DNA from: Cyanophyceae cyanobacterium
GTDB lineage: Bacteria; Cyanobacteriota; Cyanobacteriia; Cyanobacteriales; JBHJGN01
DNA: 64,000 bases
NCBI GenBank assembly: GCA_050331735.1
Contig: JBHJGN010000057.1
Coordinates: forward strand, 15,432 to 79,431
Direction: 5' to 3'
The number at the start of each line of letters is the position of its first letter. Positions within the stretch are counted from its first letter, which is position 1. A program made the position numbers and the translations under genes. Shown here piece after piece: positions 19,171-30,889 of the stretch. The notes under the pieces were generated by a model. It ran no database searches. It had not been told where the DNA came from and worked only from the letters and a program-made list of their open reading frames with translations.

Positions 19171-20694
19171 TTACACCCCCGACTGCGGCAGCTCAACATC
19201 AAGCGTCGTTACTTCCGTCTCTAGGCTACTGAGCGGTGGCTGAATTTCATTCATGTTGCCCACAACTAAAGTGACGATTTTCTCCGGCTGGAGATGTTCC
19301 TGGGCCGCTCGCAGGACGTCTGCCACCGTTGTTGCCTGCACCGCCTCCCGATATTCAAAAATGAAGTTTTCTGGATAGCCAAAGTATTCGTAACGCATCA
19401 GCCGCTCTAAAACTTCGCTCGGTTGGTCGAAGTTGAAGACGAAAGAGTTGAGAATGGCCTCTTGCGCGCGTTCGAGTTCTGCTTCCTCAATCGGATTGGT
19501 GCGAAGTTCCTCAATTTCTGACATCACTGCGCGAATGAAGGGAACCGTGGCATCAGAGCGCGTTTGTCCGCCAGCAATAAAGAGGCCAGGGTAATCATAT
19601 CGAGGACTCCATACGCCGTATACCGAGTAGGCGAGTCCCTGGCGCGATCGCACTTCGTTAAATAGCCGTCCGCCGAATCCGTTGAGCACTTCATTTAAGA
19701 CACTCAAGACCGGATAATCCGGATGATCGAACTGACCGCCCAGATGACCGAGCAAAATATGACTCTGAGTTAACTGGGGCTGATTGACCACAAAAACGCC
19801 GCTTTCATAGTTCTGCTCCGCGGCGGGAACGGCGGCTTCGGTGGCGGCAGCAGGCTGCCAATCTCCAAAGTTTTCTTCAATCAGCTCTTTCATCTGCTCC
19901 GAGTCAAAATCGCCCACAATTCCCAGAATCATCCGCTCCGGACGAAAATTCTGTTGGTAATAGTCAACCAAATCCTCGCGGGTAATGTTGTCGAGCGTTT
20001 CGTACTCCACCGTTCGAGCATAGGGACTGCTCTCTCCATAGACAACCTTTTGATATTCCCGATTGGCAATGTCGCCCGGATCGTCATTGCGACGGGCAAT
20101 CTCCCCCCGTTTTTGAACTTTGGCCAGTTCCACTTTTTCGGGAGCAAAGGCCGGGGTGCGCAGCACCTCAGCAAATAAGCTAAACACCGTTTCTAAATCT
20201 GCACTGAGGGCATCAAAGCTGGCGCTGCCGAACGATTCGCCAATGCTAGTTTCTACCGTCGCGGCTCGCTGTTCGAGCATCTGGTTTAGTTCGTCAGCGG
20301 CATGCTGTTGTGTCCCGCCACTTCTCAAGACTGTGCCCGTCAGTTCTGCTAAACCTACCTGATTGTCAGGTTCAAGACGGGAACCAGCGCGAATGAGCGC
20401 ACTGCCGCTTACCAGAGGCAGGCGACGATCTTCGAGCAGATACACCACCATGCCGTTATCGAGTTCAAGGCGCTCGTACTCCGGTAGCTGAATTTCTGCT
20501 ATCGGAGGAAACTCTAAATCTGAGTAGCTTTGAGGAGTTCCAGCGACGGCACTGGGGCGAGAGCATAGCACCAGCAAAGCTGCCGTCATCATCAAACCGA
20601 ACCAGCGCAGAGCCGAGGGGAACCCTGCTGGCCGATGGCGTTTAAGTCGTTGTTGCATGTGCTGTTGATGGGTCATCGGGTAAATTGAGAGCAA
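19171..20694 (-). CDS. M16 peptidase family, non-catalytic partner subunit
   Basis: LDNGMVV start of fold; HxxEH absent (GLAELTG); RLFNEVRSRQGLAYSV R/Y motif. True start may be a downstream ATG. Confidence 0.88.
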   Translation of the reverse strand: MLSIYPMTHQQHMQQRLKRHRPAGFPSALRWFGLMMTAALLVLCSRPSAVAGTPQSYSDLEFPPIAEIQLPEYERLELDNGMVVYLLEDRRLPLVSGSALIRAGSRLEPDNQVGLAELTGTVLRSGGTQQHAADELNQMLEQRAATVETSIGESFGSASFDALSADLETVFSLFAEVLRTPAFAPEKVELAKVQKRGEIARRNDDPGDIANREYQKVVYGESSPYARTVEYETLDNITREDLVDYYQQNFRPERMILGIVGDFDSEQMKELIEENFGDWQPAAATEAAVPAAEQNYESGVFVVNQPQLTQSHILLGHLGGQFDHPDYPVLSVLNEVLNGFGGRLFNEVRSRQGLAYSVYGVWSPRYDYPGLFIAGGQTRSDATVPFIRAVMSEIEELRTNPIEEAELERAQEAILNSFVFNFDQPSEVLERLMRYEYFGYPENFIFEYREAVQATTVADVLRAAQEHLQPEKIVTLVVGNMNEIQPPLSSLETEVTTLDVELPQSGV

Positions 20695-20809
20695 AGCTGC
20701 TTTCAGGTAGGGAGGCGTAATTAGAATTAGATATAAACTTTAAAGACAGCCGGGGAAGAAGGAGCTAAAAGCTAATTGCAAAATTTTCAGTTTAATTCTA
20801 CCCAGCTAA

Positions 20810-22432
20810 TTAGTTATTGGTCGCCGCCGGCACTAATCGTCCAATGGTAAGATTGTCGGCGGTAAAAGTTTCTTGGGCGACTCGCTGAATGTCTTCTGGA
20901 GTGACGGCGGCGATCGCCTCTAGCTGCTCAAATACCGTCTGCCAACTGCCCGTTTTGGCTTCGTACTCGGCCAGCAGTCTAGCCATCCCGCTGTTGGAGT
21001 TGAGAGTGCGCAGTAAGCCTGCCTTGAGCTGATTCTTCACCCGCTCTAGTTCCTGCTCGGTCACGGGTTCGCTTTTGAGCCGCTCAATTTCGACTCTCAG
21101 CGCTGCGGCGACCTCTTCCAGGGTATGACCAGGAGCCGTCTGAGCATAAAACAGCATCAGGTTAGGATACTTTTCTCCGGGAAAGCCGCTGAATCCCTGC
21201 GCTGACAGCGCTACCTGCTGCTCTTCGACTAAAGATTGATAGAGACGACTCGTTCTGCCGCTGCTGAGGATGCCAGCAAGGACTTCATAAACGGCGTGAT
21301 CGGGATGGTTGAGCGAGGGACGATGATACCCTTCTAGATAGAGCGGTTGAGACTGAAACTCGACGGTAACTTCTCGCGTCTCGCTTTGGGTGGGTTCTAC
21401 GGTCGTCACCTCGGGCGGCGCGGGTTTGGCAGGATAACGGCCAAAGTAGGTCTGCGCTAACTGCTGCACTCGCTCTGGCTCGACATCTCCGACAATCGCA
21501 ATCGTCAAGTTGTCGGGCGTGTAGTAGGTTTCGTAGAACTGCTGTACATCCTCGCGGGTGAGGTTGCGAATGTCTTCTTCATAACCAATCACTGGACGCT
21601 TGTAAGGATGCTCAGTAAAGGCCGTGTCTAGAAAAGCCTCGATCATTTTTCCAACCGGGGAGTTGTCGGTGCGCAACCGCCGTTCTTCGAGAATGACCTC
21701 TTTTTCTTTATAGAATTCTCGAAAGACTGGCTCTAAAAATCTTTCTGACTCCAGCGCCATCCACAGCTCTAGCTTGTTAGCGGGCAAACTGTAGAAATAC
21801 GAGGTGTAGTCAGCAGAAGTAGCTGCGTTGAGCCCAACTCCTCCCGCCGTTTCTACGATTTGTCCCAGTTCGTTCTGTTTAACATACTCTTGGGCCTGCT
21901 CCTGCACCTGGATAAACTCAGCCTGGAGTTGAGTCGTCTGCGCCTCGTTCCCGGCTGCCTGGGCTGCCTGGAGCTGTTCTGCAATGACATCCAAGCGGTT
22001 GAGTAGTTCTGCTTCTGCTTGGTAGTCGGTCGTCCCAATTTCCTCGGTTCCTTTGAAAGCGAGGTGCTCTAGAAAATGAGCCACTCCAGTTTTCCCGACG
22101 GGTTCATCTGTGCCGCCAACGTCGGCGTAGGTGACAAAAGAGACAACGGGCGCTTCATGGTTTTCCAGAACAATAAACTTCATGCCGTTGTCTAGGGTAA
22201 ATTCACTGATGCTTTCGATCACCTGGTCTAAATACGGCTGGATCGAAGAGGCGACCGGCGACTGAGGGCGTTCGGCAACCTCTCTGTGGTGAATCTCTAC
22301 GCGACCGTAACGTTCAGCCGCCCCTCCTGCTAGCTGCGCCTGTGCTGCTGCCGGCATCATCCAAGTCGTTATTAATACAATACCGAGAATCAAGCCGCGA
22401 GCGCGGCGTGTTTTGGGTCGTTTGCTTACCAC
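20810..22432 (-). CDS. M16 (pitrilysin-family) zinc peptidase, catalytic subunit
   Basis: GVAHFLEHLAFKG (HxxEH), EKEVILEERR, HPYKRPVIG; signal peptide. Confidence 0.92.
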   Translation of the reverse strand: MVSKRPKTRRARGLILGIVLITTWMMPAAAQAQLAGGAAERYGRVEIHHREVAERPQSPVASSIQPYLDQVIESISEFTLDNGMKFIVLENHEAPVVSFVTYADVGGTDEPVGKTGVAHFLEHLAFKGTEEIGTTDYQAEAELLNRLDVIAEQLQAAQAAGNEAQTTQLQAEFIQVQEQAQEYVKQNELGQIVETAGGVGLNAATSADYTSYFYSLPANKLELWMALESERFLEPVFREFYKEKEVILEERRLRTDNSPVGKMIEAFLDTAFTEHPYKRPVIGYEEDIRNLTREDVQQFYETYYTPDNLTIAIVGDVEPERVQQLAQTYFGRYPAKPAPPEVTTVEPTQSETREVTVEFQSQPLYLEGYHRPSLNHPDHAVYEVLAGILSSGRTSRLYQSLVEEQQVALSAQGFSGFPGEKYPNLMLFYAQTAPGHTLEEVAAALRVEIERLKSEPVTEQELERVKNQLKAGLLRTLNSNSGMARLLAEYEAKTGSWQTVFEQLEAIAAVTPEDIQRVAQETFTADNLTIGRLVPAATNN

Positions 22433-22690
22433 AAGTCAAAAGCTCTCATCGCAAGAATAACTCCTCCAGAATAACGATTTCCTAAACCGATTAGTGGGTT
22501 CTTCAGTGAGCATTCGTTTTCAACCCGGCTTTCCTCCTGAGCACGAATGACGAATAACGATGCTGCATAGATAACAATCTATGAAGAAGAGGCGCAATTG
22601 CCGAGGGGAATAAGACAAAATAGCTCTACAGTACTGGTAATAAAATTCAAGGCGATCGCCCTTTAACCGACTTCTAAACACTCTAAAAAC

Positions 22691-23314
22691 ATGCAAATTC
22701 GTCAGCGATCCCCCGAGATGAGAACGACTCCTAGCGAGGAGACCCGCCGTCGGATCTTAAAAGCCGCCCTGCGCTTATTTGCTCGCAAAGGTTTTGACGC
22801 GACCACCACCAGAGATTTGGCCACTGCCGCCAACGTCGCTGAAGGCACTATATTTCGGCACTTCAACACCAAAAAAGCGATTTTAGTGGAGGTCGCTACG
22901 GCAGGCTGGGTGGAAATTCTCACCGATCTCCTCACCGAGCTGAGCGAAATGGGCAGCTATCGAGCGGTGGCACAAGTGATGCGGCGGCGGATGCTGCGCA
23001 TGCAGGAAAACAGCGCTCTGATGCGGGTATGCTTTTTTGAGGCTCAGTTTCATCCCGAATTACGAGATCGCATTCAGCTCGAGGTGATTGCCAAAATGAC
23101 CGATGTGGCCGAAGCGTTTTTCCAAACGGCAATGGAGAGAGGGATCTATCGCCCCATGAATCCCAAAGTGGTCGCGCAGGTTTTCTTGGGAATGTTTGCG
23201 ATCGCTGGATTCTCTGACCAAACGATTATCGATCCCCAAGCCTCTCCCCAAGCCCTTCAGGAGATGGCGGAAGGCATTGCCGATATTTTCTTAAACGGTG
23301 TTTTGGTGGATTGA
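22691..23314 (+). CDS. TetR/AcrR-family regulator
   Basis: N-terminal HTH ILKAALRLFARKGFDATTTRDLATAANVAEGTIFRHF. Confidence 0.93.
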   Translation: MQIRQRSPEMRTTPSEETRRRILKAALRLFARKGFDATTTRDLATAANVAEGTIFRHFNTKKAILVEVATAGWVEILTDLLTELSEMGSYRAVAQVMRRRMLRMQENSALMRVCFFEAQFHPELRDRIQLEVIAKMTDVAEAFFQTAMERGIYRPMNPKVVAQVFLGMFAIAGFSDQTIIDPQASPQALQEMAEGIADIFLNGVLVD

Positions 23315-23459
23315 CAAATTGAAACCGGGGAAAGGGCAAGGGGGAAATAACGAGTTGTCTGCCAAAACTTTTACCGTTGCCGCAGGAAAAGCGGAGGATG
23401 AAAGCCCTGATGGGAGAGATTTAATCTGACATATCATTCCGCACTCCACCGAATTTTCC

Positions 23460-24983
23460 ATGACTTTATCTAGAGACCTAGCGCGCAAACGAGTGAGAAG
23501 AACTGGACTGCCTCTGTGGTGGGATCGGGTGGTAGCCATCGCTGCTGCTCTCAATCTCCTCTTGGTGCTCTTCGATCTCACCTATATTCCGCTCCGAGAT
23601 TTTTGGCTTCAGGGAAGAGTGCGGCTGGGGTCGTTTTAAATTGGTCCATTAGAGTCGGAGGGCTACGAGGTCGAGGTGCTTCCGGCTGCTGTGACGAGCT
23701 TTGTTACTCAATACGACGCGATTAAAGGCATTGAACCCTATCGCGATACGTCTCAGTATTTAGATCGGGTGGAGGATCTTAGAGAAGAACTGGTCAACAG
23801 TAGCCTAGATTCCCCGGCTGTTGCCGCCATTCTTCGGGAGCTTCGTCAGCGCAGCGTCGAAATGATCGATACGAATCCTTTTGAGTTAGCGAATAAGACC
23901 GGGACGCTGGAGAAAATCAAAAACCGCCTCCGCGATCGCGTTCCTACTCCCCAGGATTCTTCTAAGCAGGCGTTTCGAGAATTTTGGAGTCAGGAGTATT
24001 TACAGGATCGAACGGTGGCAGAACTAGAGTTTTTCCAGCAGGAGGTCCGTCCGCTCCTCGAGAGAAACTACTATCGCCCCATAGGTGAAAATGGTGAATT
24101 TGTCAACTATTTTGGTCTAATTGATTTCCCCTTCTTCTGCTTATTTTTGCTCGATTTTCTTGTCCGGAGCTGGAACATCAGCCATCGCCGTGCTGGAGTA
24201 AGCTGGCTCGATGCCATGCTGTGGCGCTGGTACGATATTTTCTTGTTGATTCCGGTGTTTCGCTGGCTGCGGGTAGTTCCGGTGATTATTCGGCTGAACG
24301 AGGCCGATTTGGGCGTGAATCTTCAGCCAATTAAAAAGCAGGCCAGTCAGGGATTAGTGGCCGGGATCGCCGAAGATGTTACGGAAGTGGTTGTGGTGAG
24401 GGTGATTAATCAAATTCAAGACTCGATTCGACAAGGAGAAATCGCCAAACTTTTAGCCAGCCGAGATAGCAAGCAGTACATCGACATCAATCAGGTCGAT
24501 GAAACTTCGGAAATTGCCAAGCTGGTCACTCAGATTACGGTCGATAAAGTACTGCCCACCGTAAGACCCGATATCGAAGCGCTGCTACAGTACAATATCG
24601 AAAAGTTTTTACTGACGCTACCGCTGTATCAAGAACTGCGGCAGTTGCCGGGGATGGAAGGTCTAGAGCACGACCTGAGCGATCGCCTGGTCAAGCAGCT
24701 CTACCAAATTGTTTACGATACCTTAGAGGGCGCTCTTCAAGAAGATCCGGTAGCTGATAAGCTGTGGGGCAGCTTAGTCAACCACTTTAGCGAAGCTATT
24801 AGTGCAGAGATGGCAACCAAACAAAGCCTTGAAAGACTAGAATACTTGCTCAGTGACCTGCTCGAGGAAGTTAAAATTAACTATGTGGAGCGCCTAGAAG
24901 AAGAGGATGTCGAGGAAATTCTTGAGCAAACGCGGGCGTTGCGGCAAATTTCTAGTTCGTCCCGAATCAAGCCTGTGCGCTAA
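23460..24983 (+). pseudogene. Conserved cyanobacterial membrane protein interrupted by an in-frame TAA at 23637-23639
   Basis: ATG 23460 reads MTLSRD...WWDRVVAIAAALNLLLVLFDLTYIPLRDFWLQGRVRLGSF*IGPLESEGYEVEVLPAAV, in the same frame as ORF 23676..24983. Confidence 0.75.
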
Positions 24984-25276
24984 ACAACAGTGCTTTCTAG
25001 TATTAGTGATAGCGTTGCTTAATAGCTAACGACCAGAGTGGAGCGGAGCTAGTCGTTTACAGTCAATCGTCAATTCTAAACTGGTTTAGTCAAGGCTGCC
25101 GTTACACAATCAGCAAGACCTCAATTGTCTCAACTTAAAACTTGCCGTTCACCTCTTCTATTTCCCCGTCCCAGAGGGATGTTCCCCCAATCCGAGATTT
25201 TATTGGTATGATCTAATTATGACGACACCTAATCTCAAGGAGCCGTCACGTTTATGCTAGGGCTTAGCAAAGTTGC

Positions 25277-25300
25277 AAGTGGGGTCACCCCGCTTTTTTT
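25277..25300 (+). promoter_or_regulatory. rimP leader terminator/attenuator hairpin
   Basis: AAGTGGGG-TCA-CCCCGCTT followed by a T-run, just upstream of the rimP ATG; such leader hairpins are typical of rimP-nusA-infB operons. Confidence 0.7.
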
Positions 25301-25316
25301 GTTGCATTTTCAGGCG

Positions 25317-25781
25317 ATGTCTCACCCTCTGATACCACAAATTATTGATACAGCGACTCCGATTGCCCAAAAATTGGGATTAGAGGTAGTAGAAGTCGTT
25401 TTTCAAACCGATAAAAGACCGCCCGTCCTGAGAGTTGACGTCCGCAACTCTCAGGACGACACGAGGTTAGATGACTGTGAACGCATGAGTCGCGCTTTAG
25501 AGAAAAGGTTAGATGCCGCTGAAGTCATTCCCGGCTCCTATGTTCTAGAAGTTTCCAGTCCGGGGATTTCGCGTCGATTGGCAACAGACCGAGAATTTAT
25601 CTCGTTTAAAGGATTTGCCGTACTTGTAAAAACCTTTGCTGCCTATGAGAACCAAAAAGAATGGCGGGGAAAACTTCAGGGACGAGACCAAACAGCCGTT
25701 TATCTCAACCAAAAAGGCCGCACTGTTGCCATCCCCAGAGAGCTAGTCGCGCTCGTCCAGCTAGACGACGCTAGGGATTAG
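25317..25781 (+). CDS. rimP: Ribosome maturation factor RimP
   Basis: Start MSHPLIP; LDDCERMSR, YVLEVSSPG; precedes nusA. Confidence 0.94.
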   Translation: MSHPLIPQIIDTATPIAQKLGLEVVEVVFQTDKRPPVLRVDVRNSQDDTRLDDCERMSRALEKRLDAAEVIPGSYVLEVSSPGISRRLATDREFISFKGFAVLVKTFAAYENQKEWRGKLQGRDQTAVYLNQKGRTVAIPRELVALVQLDDARD

Positions 25782-25821
25782 CACTTGAAATTGTAAGAAC
25801 GAAGAGCAAGGAGATTTATTT

Positions 25822-27069
25822 ATGTCTATCGTCAGTTTGCCTGGCCTCAGCATGATGATTGAAGAAATTAGCCAGCGCCACAACTTACCTCAATCGGCGG
25901 TTCAAGAAGCCTTAAGAGAAGCTCTGCTCAAGGGATATGAACGGTATCGACGCTCACAAAGCCTAGATCGCTATCAGTATAGCGATGAGTACTTCGATAA
26001 TTTTGAAATCGAGCTTGACATCGAAGAAGAAGGATTTCGGATTCTATCGACAAAAATTATTGTCGAAGAAGTCGAAAGTGCTGATCACCATATTTCTCTA
26101 GAAGCCGTCCAGGAAGTAGCGGCTGAAGCCCAGGTTGGAGATGAAGTCGTTGTCGATGTCACCCCAGAACAGCGAGATTTCGGTCGGATGGCAGCCATTC
26201 AAACCAAGCAAGTGCTGCTTCAGAAACTGCGAGACCAGCAGCGCAAGCTGGTTCAGGAAGAATTTCAGGATTTAGAAAGTACGGTTTTGCAGGCGAGAGT
26301 GCTGCGGTTTGAACGGCAGTCGATTATTATGGCGGTTACTAGCGGATTTGGCCAACCTGAAGTTGAGGCAGAACTTCCCAAACGCGAACAGCTTCCCAAC
26401 GATAACTACCGAGCCAACGCCGCTTTTAAGGTGTATCTGAAAAAAGTTCGCGAAGGCTCTCACCGCGGTCCGCAACTGATCGTTTCAAGAGCTTCAGCGG
26501 GGCTGGTGGTTTATCTCTTCGCCAACGAGGTTCCAGAAATTGAGGAAGAAGTGGTGCGGATTGTAGCAGTTGCCAGAGAAGCCAATCCTCCTTCTCGCTA
26601 TGTCGGTCCTCGGACTAAAATTGCGGTCGATACCCTTGAGCGAGATGTCGATCCAGTTGGAGCCTGCATCGGTGCCAGAGGCTCGCGGATTCAGTCAGTT
26701 GTCAACGAACTGCGGGGCGAAAAAATCGACGTGATTCGCTGGTCTCCCGACCCCGCCACCTACATTGCTAACGCTTTGAGTCCGGCTCGGATCGATCAGG
26801 TTGTGTTGATCAACCCAGATGAACGACAGGCGCTTGTCTTGGTTGCTGAAGACCAGCTTAGCCTGGCTATTGGGAAAGAGGGACAGAATGTGCGGCTGGC
26901 TGCTCGTCTGACCGGGTGGAAGATCGATATCAAGGATACGGCTCGGTATCAAGAAGAAGCGCAAGCGGCTATAGACGCAGCTCCAGAAGCAGAGAGCGAA
27001 GACGTTGTAGAAGCAGCGGCTGACGAGACGGCGACTGTTTCTCCACCGCTGGTGGTAGAGGAGGGGTAA
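25822..27069 (+). CDS. nusA: Transcription factor NusA
   Basis: [49 protein letters not shown]. Confidence 0.97.
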   Translation: MSIVSLPGLSMMIEEISQRHNLPQSAVQEALREALLKGYERYRRSQSLDRYQYSDEYFDNFEIELDIEEEGFRILSTKIIVEEVESADHHISLEAVQEVAAEAQVGDEVVVDVTPEQRDFGRMAAIQTKQVLLQKLRDQQRKLVQEEFQDLESTVLQARVLRFERQSIIMAVTSGFGQPEVEAELPKREQLPNDNYRANAAFKVYLKKVREGSHRGPQLIVSRASAGLVVYLFANEVPEIEEEVVRIVAVAREANPPSRYVGPRTKIAVDTLERDVDPVGACIGARGSRIQSVVNELRGEKIDVIRWSPDPATYIANALSPARIDQVVLINPDERQALVLVAEDQLSLAIGKEGQNVRLAARLTGWKIDIKDTARYQEEAQAAIDAAPEAESEDVVEAAADETATVSPPLVVEEG

Positions 27070-27124
27070 GCCAGACACCTGGCGACAGCGTTAGCTTTAG
27101 CTCTGTGGAGGAGGCAATACGAAG

Positions 27125-27385
27125 ATGACCCCCAACTATCGGCGCTGTATTAGCTGCCGCAAAGTAGCCCCGAAAGAATCATTTTGGCGAGTTGTCCGAG
27201 ACTATCGGTCTCGACAGGTACAATTAGATCGGGGAGTGGGGCGTTCCGCCTATCTTTGTCCGCAAGCCAACTGCTTGGAGTCAGCCCAGCGCCGAAACCG
27301 CCTCGGGCGATCGCTGCAAGTCTCTGTACCGGAGTCGATTTATCAACGTCTATGGTCTCGATTAGCATCTACCACCCAAAGCTAA
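27125..27385 (+). CDS. ylxR: YlxR (DUF448) family RNA-binding protein
   Basis: RRCISCR...GRSAYLC; lies between nusA and infB. Confidence 0.92.
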   Translation: MTPNYRRCISCRKVAPKESFWRVVRDYRSRQVQLDRGVGRSAYLCPQANCLESAQRRNRLGRSLQVSVPESIYQRLWSRLASTTQS

Positions 27386-27791
27386 ACAAGGAGCAGCCAG
27401 CGCCGACCCCACTTTCTTCACGAGCGATCGCCGTTGGTTAGAGATTAAACCAGTTAGAGTCGCTAGCATATAAGTAAGCCCGTACCTTTAAACCTAAATT
27501 GCCAAAACTTAAGAGAATTAGCCAACCTTGTTGCTCGCTCAACCAACCTAGACAGCACTCCAGACTCTAGCGCCGATTTTTATGATTTGCGACCTTAACT
27601 TAATTTAACCTAATTGAGAATCAGTCATTGAGGAGGCGGTTATCTTCAGAGAACCTTAAACTAGTCACATCAAATCAAATAGTAGTCATGCTCAAATCGC
27701 AGCTCAGTAGAATTAAGCACCGACCCAAGCATTTGTAACCATCGGCAGATTGTGAGGGACATCACTGCTACGTAAGTAAGGGGAATAGTGG

Positions 27792-30710
27792 ATGAACAAC
27801 GGAAAAGTCAGAATTTACGAATTGTCAAAAGAATTGAACCTAGATAATAAAGAATTATTAGACGTTTGCGCTCGGCTTAACATTGCCGTCAAGAGTCACA
27901 GCAGCACCATTACAGAAACACAGGCACAACGCATTCGTCAAGCGGCTAAGACGGTCTCTGCCCAAGCAGGAACGAGTACCAGTGTTTCTGCTGGCAACGG
28001 TTCTGGAACCTCTCGAACTCCTAATCGTCCTAAAGGTAAGCGCAAGCAACAGATTTTAGCTCTTCACAAGCAACAGCGTTCCAATGCGCCTAGTGCAGAG
28101 GCATCAACCCCTGTCTTAGCAGCTCCCCCCCGTTCACCTGCAAGAGCAGAACCTCCCTCCTCGGCTCCCGTTGCTCAGCAAGCTGATGAATCAGTTCCTC
28201 AGCTCAAGGCTCCTCCTCAATCGCCAGCACCCGAACCAGCAGTAGATTCCCCCGCCGCCTCTCCCAAATCTTCAGAGCGATTGGAGCCGTCATCGCCCCA
28301 ACTCCTGAGACCTCCTGCTCGTCCTCAAGAGTCAAAACCAAAGCTGGAGCCGCCTAGCAAGCAAGAGTTGGAGACAACGGCCTCTCCCTCCAACGAAAGA
28401 CCGGTTTTGCTGGAGCCTCCTAAAGAGCAAAAAGAGGTGTCTAAGGAACAGCCAAAACTGAAAAAGCCGAAGCTGAAATCGACCGAAGAGGCAAAGTCCG
28501 AAGAGGAAGCTACACCCACAACAGAGGCGGGGGCTGTAGATGATTCGGTGGAAGAAGAGGTGCTCCTCAAGCCACCCACTCGACCCAAACAAAAGCTGAA
28601 GCGTCCGACAGAGCCGAATAGTTCTTCGTGGGAAGAAGAAGATGAAAAAGAGACGGAGAAGGCTGGCAAAGCTGGTAAAAGCGGCACCAAAACCAAGCGG
28701 CGACCGGTGGTCATCGATGACGACGACGAATTGGAATCGCTGTCAGACTCAAAGGCTACCCCTGCCGTTGTTAGTCTCTCTGTGGCTCGTCCTCCTAAAC
28801 CGAAAAATCTGACTGCGCCTGTCTCTGCTCAAGTAACTACCAAGAAAAAGCAAGCACCTTCTAGACCCGACAGCGCCTCGGCCAAACCGAAAGAACGGCG
28901 CAGCCGGAAAGAAGAAAGCCAACAGCGGCCAGAAGAAATCGTATTGTCTGGTAATCAGACCGTCAGAGAACTTTCCGAGCTGTTGAATACTTCAGAAACT
29001 GAGCTAATTACTAAACTCTTTTTAAGAGGAATTGCGGTTAATATCACGCAAACCCTAGATACCGATACCGCTCGCTTAGTTGCTGAGGAATTTGGCGTTC
29101 AGGTGAAGACGGCCCAGAAAAAATCCGCCGCTGCCAAAGACACCGACATGCTGGCTGTCGAAGATCTGGAAAATCTGCAGCGTCGCCCTCCTGTAGTCAC
29201 CATTATGGGTCACGTTGACCACGGGAAGACAACCCTGCTCGACTCCATTCGCAAAACTAAAGTGGCCCAGGGAGAAGCTGGCGGTATTACCCAGCACATT
29301 GGAGCCTACCACGTCGATGTAGAGCACAACGGCAAGACGGAGCAAGTGGTGTTTCTCGATACTCCTGGGCATGAAGCCTTTACGGCAATGCGGGCGAGGG
29401 GAACGCGCGTGACCGATATTGCTATTTTGGTAGTAGCCGCTGATGACGGGGTACAGCCTCAGACCAGAGAAGCCATTAGTCATGCCCGAGCCGCAGAAGT
29501 GCCCATCGTCGTTGCCGTTAATAAAATTGATAAGCCGGGTGCTGAACCAGACCGGGTTAAGCAAGAGCTGACGGAACTGAGTTTAGTTCCTGAAGAATGG
29601 GGCGGCGATACCATTACCGTACCGGTGAGCGCTCTCAGGGGCGACAATCTGGATACTTTGCTGGAAATGATTCTGCTGGTGGCAGAAATTGAAGAACTCT
29701 CTGCTAATCCTAACCGCTCAGCAAAAGGAACCGTAGTAGAAGCCAATCTTGACCGCGCCAGAGGTCCGGTAGCTACGCTACTGGTACAAAACGGTACGCT
29801 ACGAGTCGGCGATACAATTGTCGCTGGTTCAGTCCTGGGGAGGATTCGCGCGATGATCGACGACCGCGGCGAACGAGTAGAAGCGGCTACACCTTCTTTT
29901 GCCGTGGAGGTTTTAGGACTGAACGATGTTCCCGCCGCCGGAGATGAATTCGACGTGTACGAGAGCGAGAAAGAAGCCCGCGCCGTCGCTGACACCAGAG
30001 CCAACACGCAACGGCAAACGCGCCTACAGCAAGCGCTCTCTTCCCGCCGCGTCAGCCTCAGCAGCCTTTCTGCTCAAGCTCAAGAAGGAGAACTCAAAGA
30101 ACTCAACTTGCTCCTGAAAGCCGACGTTCAGGGGTCGGTGGAAGCCATTTTGGGCTCGCTGAATCAGCTCCCGCAGGATGAAGTTCAGATCCGCGTATTG
30201 CTCGCGGCTCCTGGAGAAGTGACCGAAACCGACGTGGATTTAGCGGCCGCTAGCGGCGCTGTGATTGTAGGTTTCAATACCACCTTAGCCAGTGGAGCGC
30301 GACAGGCTGCTGACCAGCAAGGGGTCGATATTCGAGAATATAACGTCATCTACAAACTTCTCGACGAGATTCAGGGGGCGATGGAAGGCCTCCTCGACCC
30401 CGAAGAGGTTGAAGAACCGCTGGGTTCTGCGGAAGTGCGGGCTGTTTTCCCAGTTGGTCGGGGGGCGGTAGCAGGCTGCTATGTTCAGTCTGGCAAGATC
30501 GTCCGAAACCGACTGCTGCGGGTTCGTCGCGGCGACCAGGTAGTTTACGAAGGTCCGATTGATTCGCTCAAGCGGATGAAAGATGATGTCAGAGAAGTGA
30601 ATGCTGGCTACGAGTGCGGCATTAACTCGACTAAATTTAATGACTGGCAGGAAGGAGATATCATTGAGGCCTATGAGATGGTGATGAAGCGTCGCACTTT
30701 ATCTACCTAG
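27792..30710 (+). CDS. infB: Translation initiation factor IF-2
   Basis: [35 protein letters not shown]; long low-complexity N-terminus. Confidence 0.97.
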   Translation: MNNGKVRIYELSKELNLDNKELLDVCARLNIAVKSHSSTITETQAQRIRQAAKTVSAQAGTSTSVSAGNGSGTSRTPNRPKGKRKQQILALHKQQRSNAPSAEASTPVLAAPPRSPARAEPPSSAPVAQQADESVPQLKAPPQSPAPEPAVDSPAASPKSSERLEPSSPQLLRPPARPQESKPKLEPPSKQELETTASPSNERPVLLEPPKEQKEVSKEQPKLKKPKLKSTEEAKSEEEATPTTEAGAVDDSVEEEVLLKPPTRPKQKLKRPTEPNSSSWEEEDEKETEKAGKAGKSGTKTKRRPVVIDDDDELESLSDSKATPAVVSLSVARPPKPKNLTAPVSAQVTTKKKQAPSRPDSASAKPKERRSRKEESQQRPEEIVLSGNQTVRELSELLNTSETELITKLFLRGIAVNITQTLDTDTARLVAEEFGVQVKTAQKKSAAAKDTDMLAVEDLENLQRRPPVVTIMGHVDHGKTTLLDSIRKTKVAQGEAGGITQHIGAYHVDVEHNGKTEQVVFLDTPGHEAFTAMRARGTRVTDIAILVVAADDGVQPQTREAISHARAAEVPIVVAVNKIDKPGAEPDRVKQELTELSLVPEEWGGDTITVPVSALRGDNLDTLLEMILLVAEIEELSANPNRSAKGTVVEANLDRARGPVATLLVQNGTLRVGDTIVAGSVLGRIRAMIDDRGERVEAATPSFAVEVLGLNDVPAAGDEFDVYESEKEARAVADTRANTQRQTRLQQALSSRRVSLSSLSAQAQEGELKELNLLLKADVQGSVEAILGSLNQLPQDEVQIRVLLAAPGEVTETDVDLAAASGAVIVGFNTTLASGARQAADQQGVDIREYNVIYKLLDEIQGAMEGLLDPEEVEEPLGSAEVRAVFPVGRGAVAGCYVQSGKIVRNRLLRVRRGDQVVYEGPIDSLKRMKDDVREVNAGYECGINSTKFNDWQEGDIIEAYEMVMKRRTLST

Positions 30711-30768
30711 TGGTGAGCAGTCCCAATTTGCCGCATCTTCACTGGTTTGAAAAAACAGTTAACTTCCC

Positions 30769-30834
30769 GTCCTAGCAGCGTTAGAGCTTGAGAGACTCCA
30801 GGTCTAACGAGTCTCTCGAACTCCGCTACTAGAC
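30769..30834 (+). terminator. Long imperfect stem-loop downstream of infB
   Basis: CTAGCAGCG..GAGCTTGAGAGACTC pairs with GAGTCTCTCGAACTC.CGCTACTAG. Confidence 0.5.
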
Positions 30835-30889
30835 AATTTTATGCTGCCGAATCGCCTTTTCTCCAATCGTCGTATTTAGCCCACTTTTT

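Noticed and set aside
19171..20694. M16 gene lacking HxxEH as a defective gene
   Set aside because: This is expected for the non-catalytic partner of heterodimeric M16B peptidases.
27950..28930. Long Pro/Glu/Lys-rich stretch in infB as an insertion
   Set aside because: An extended low-complexity N-terminal region is typical of cyanobacterial IF-2.
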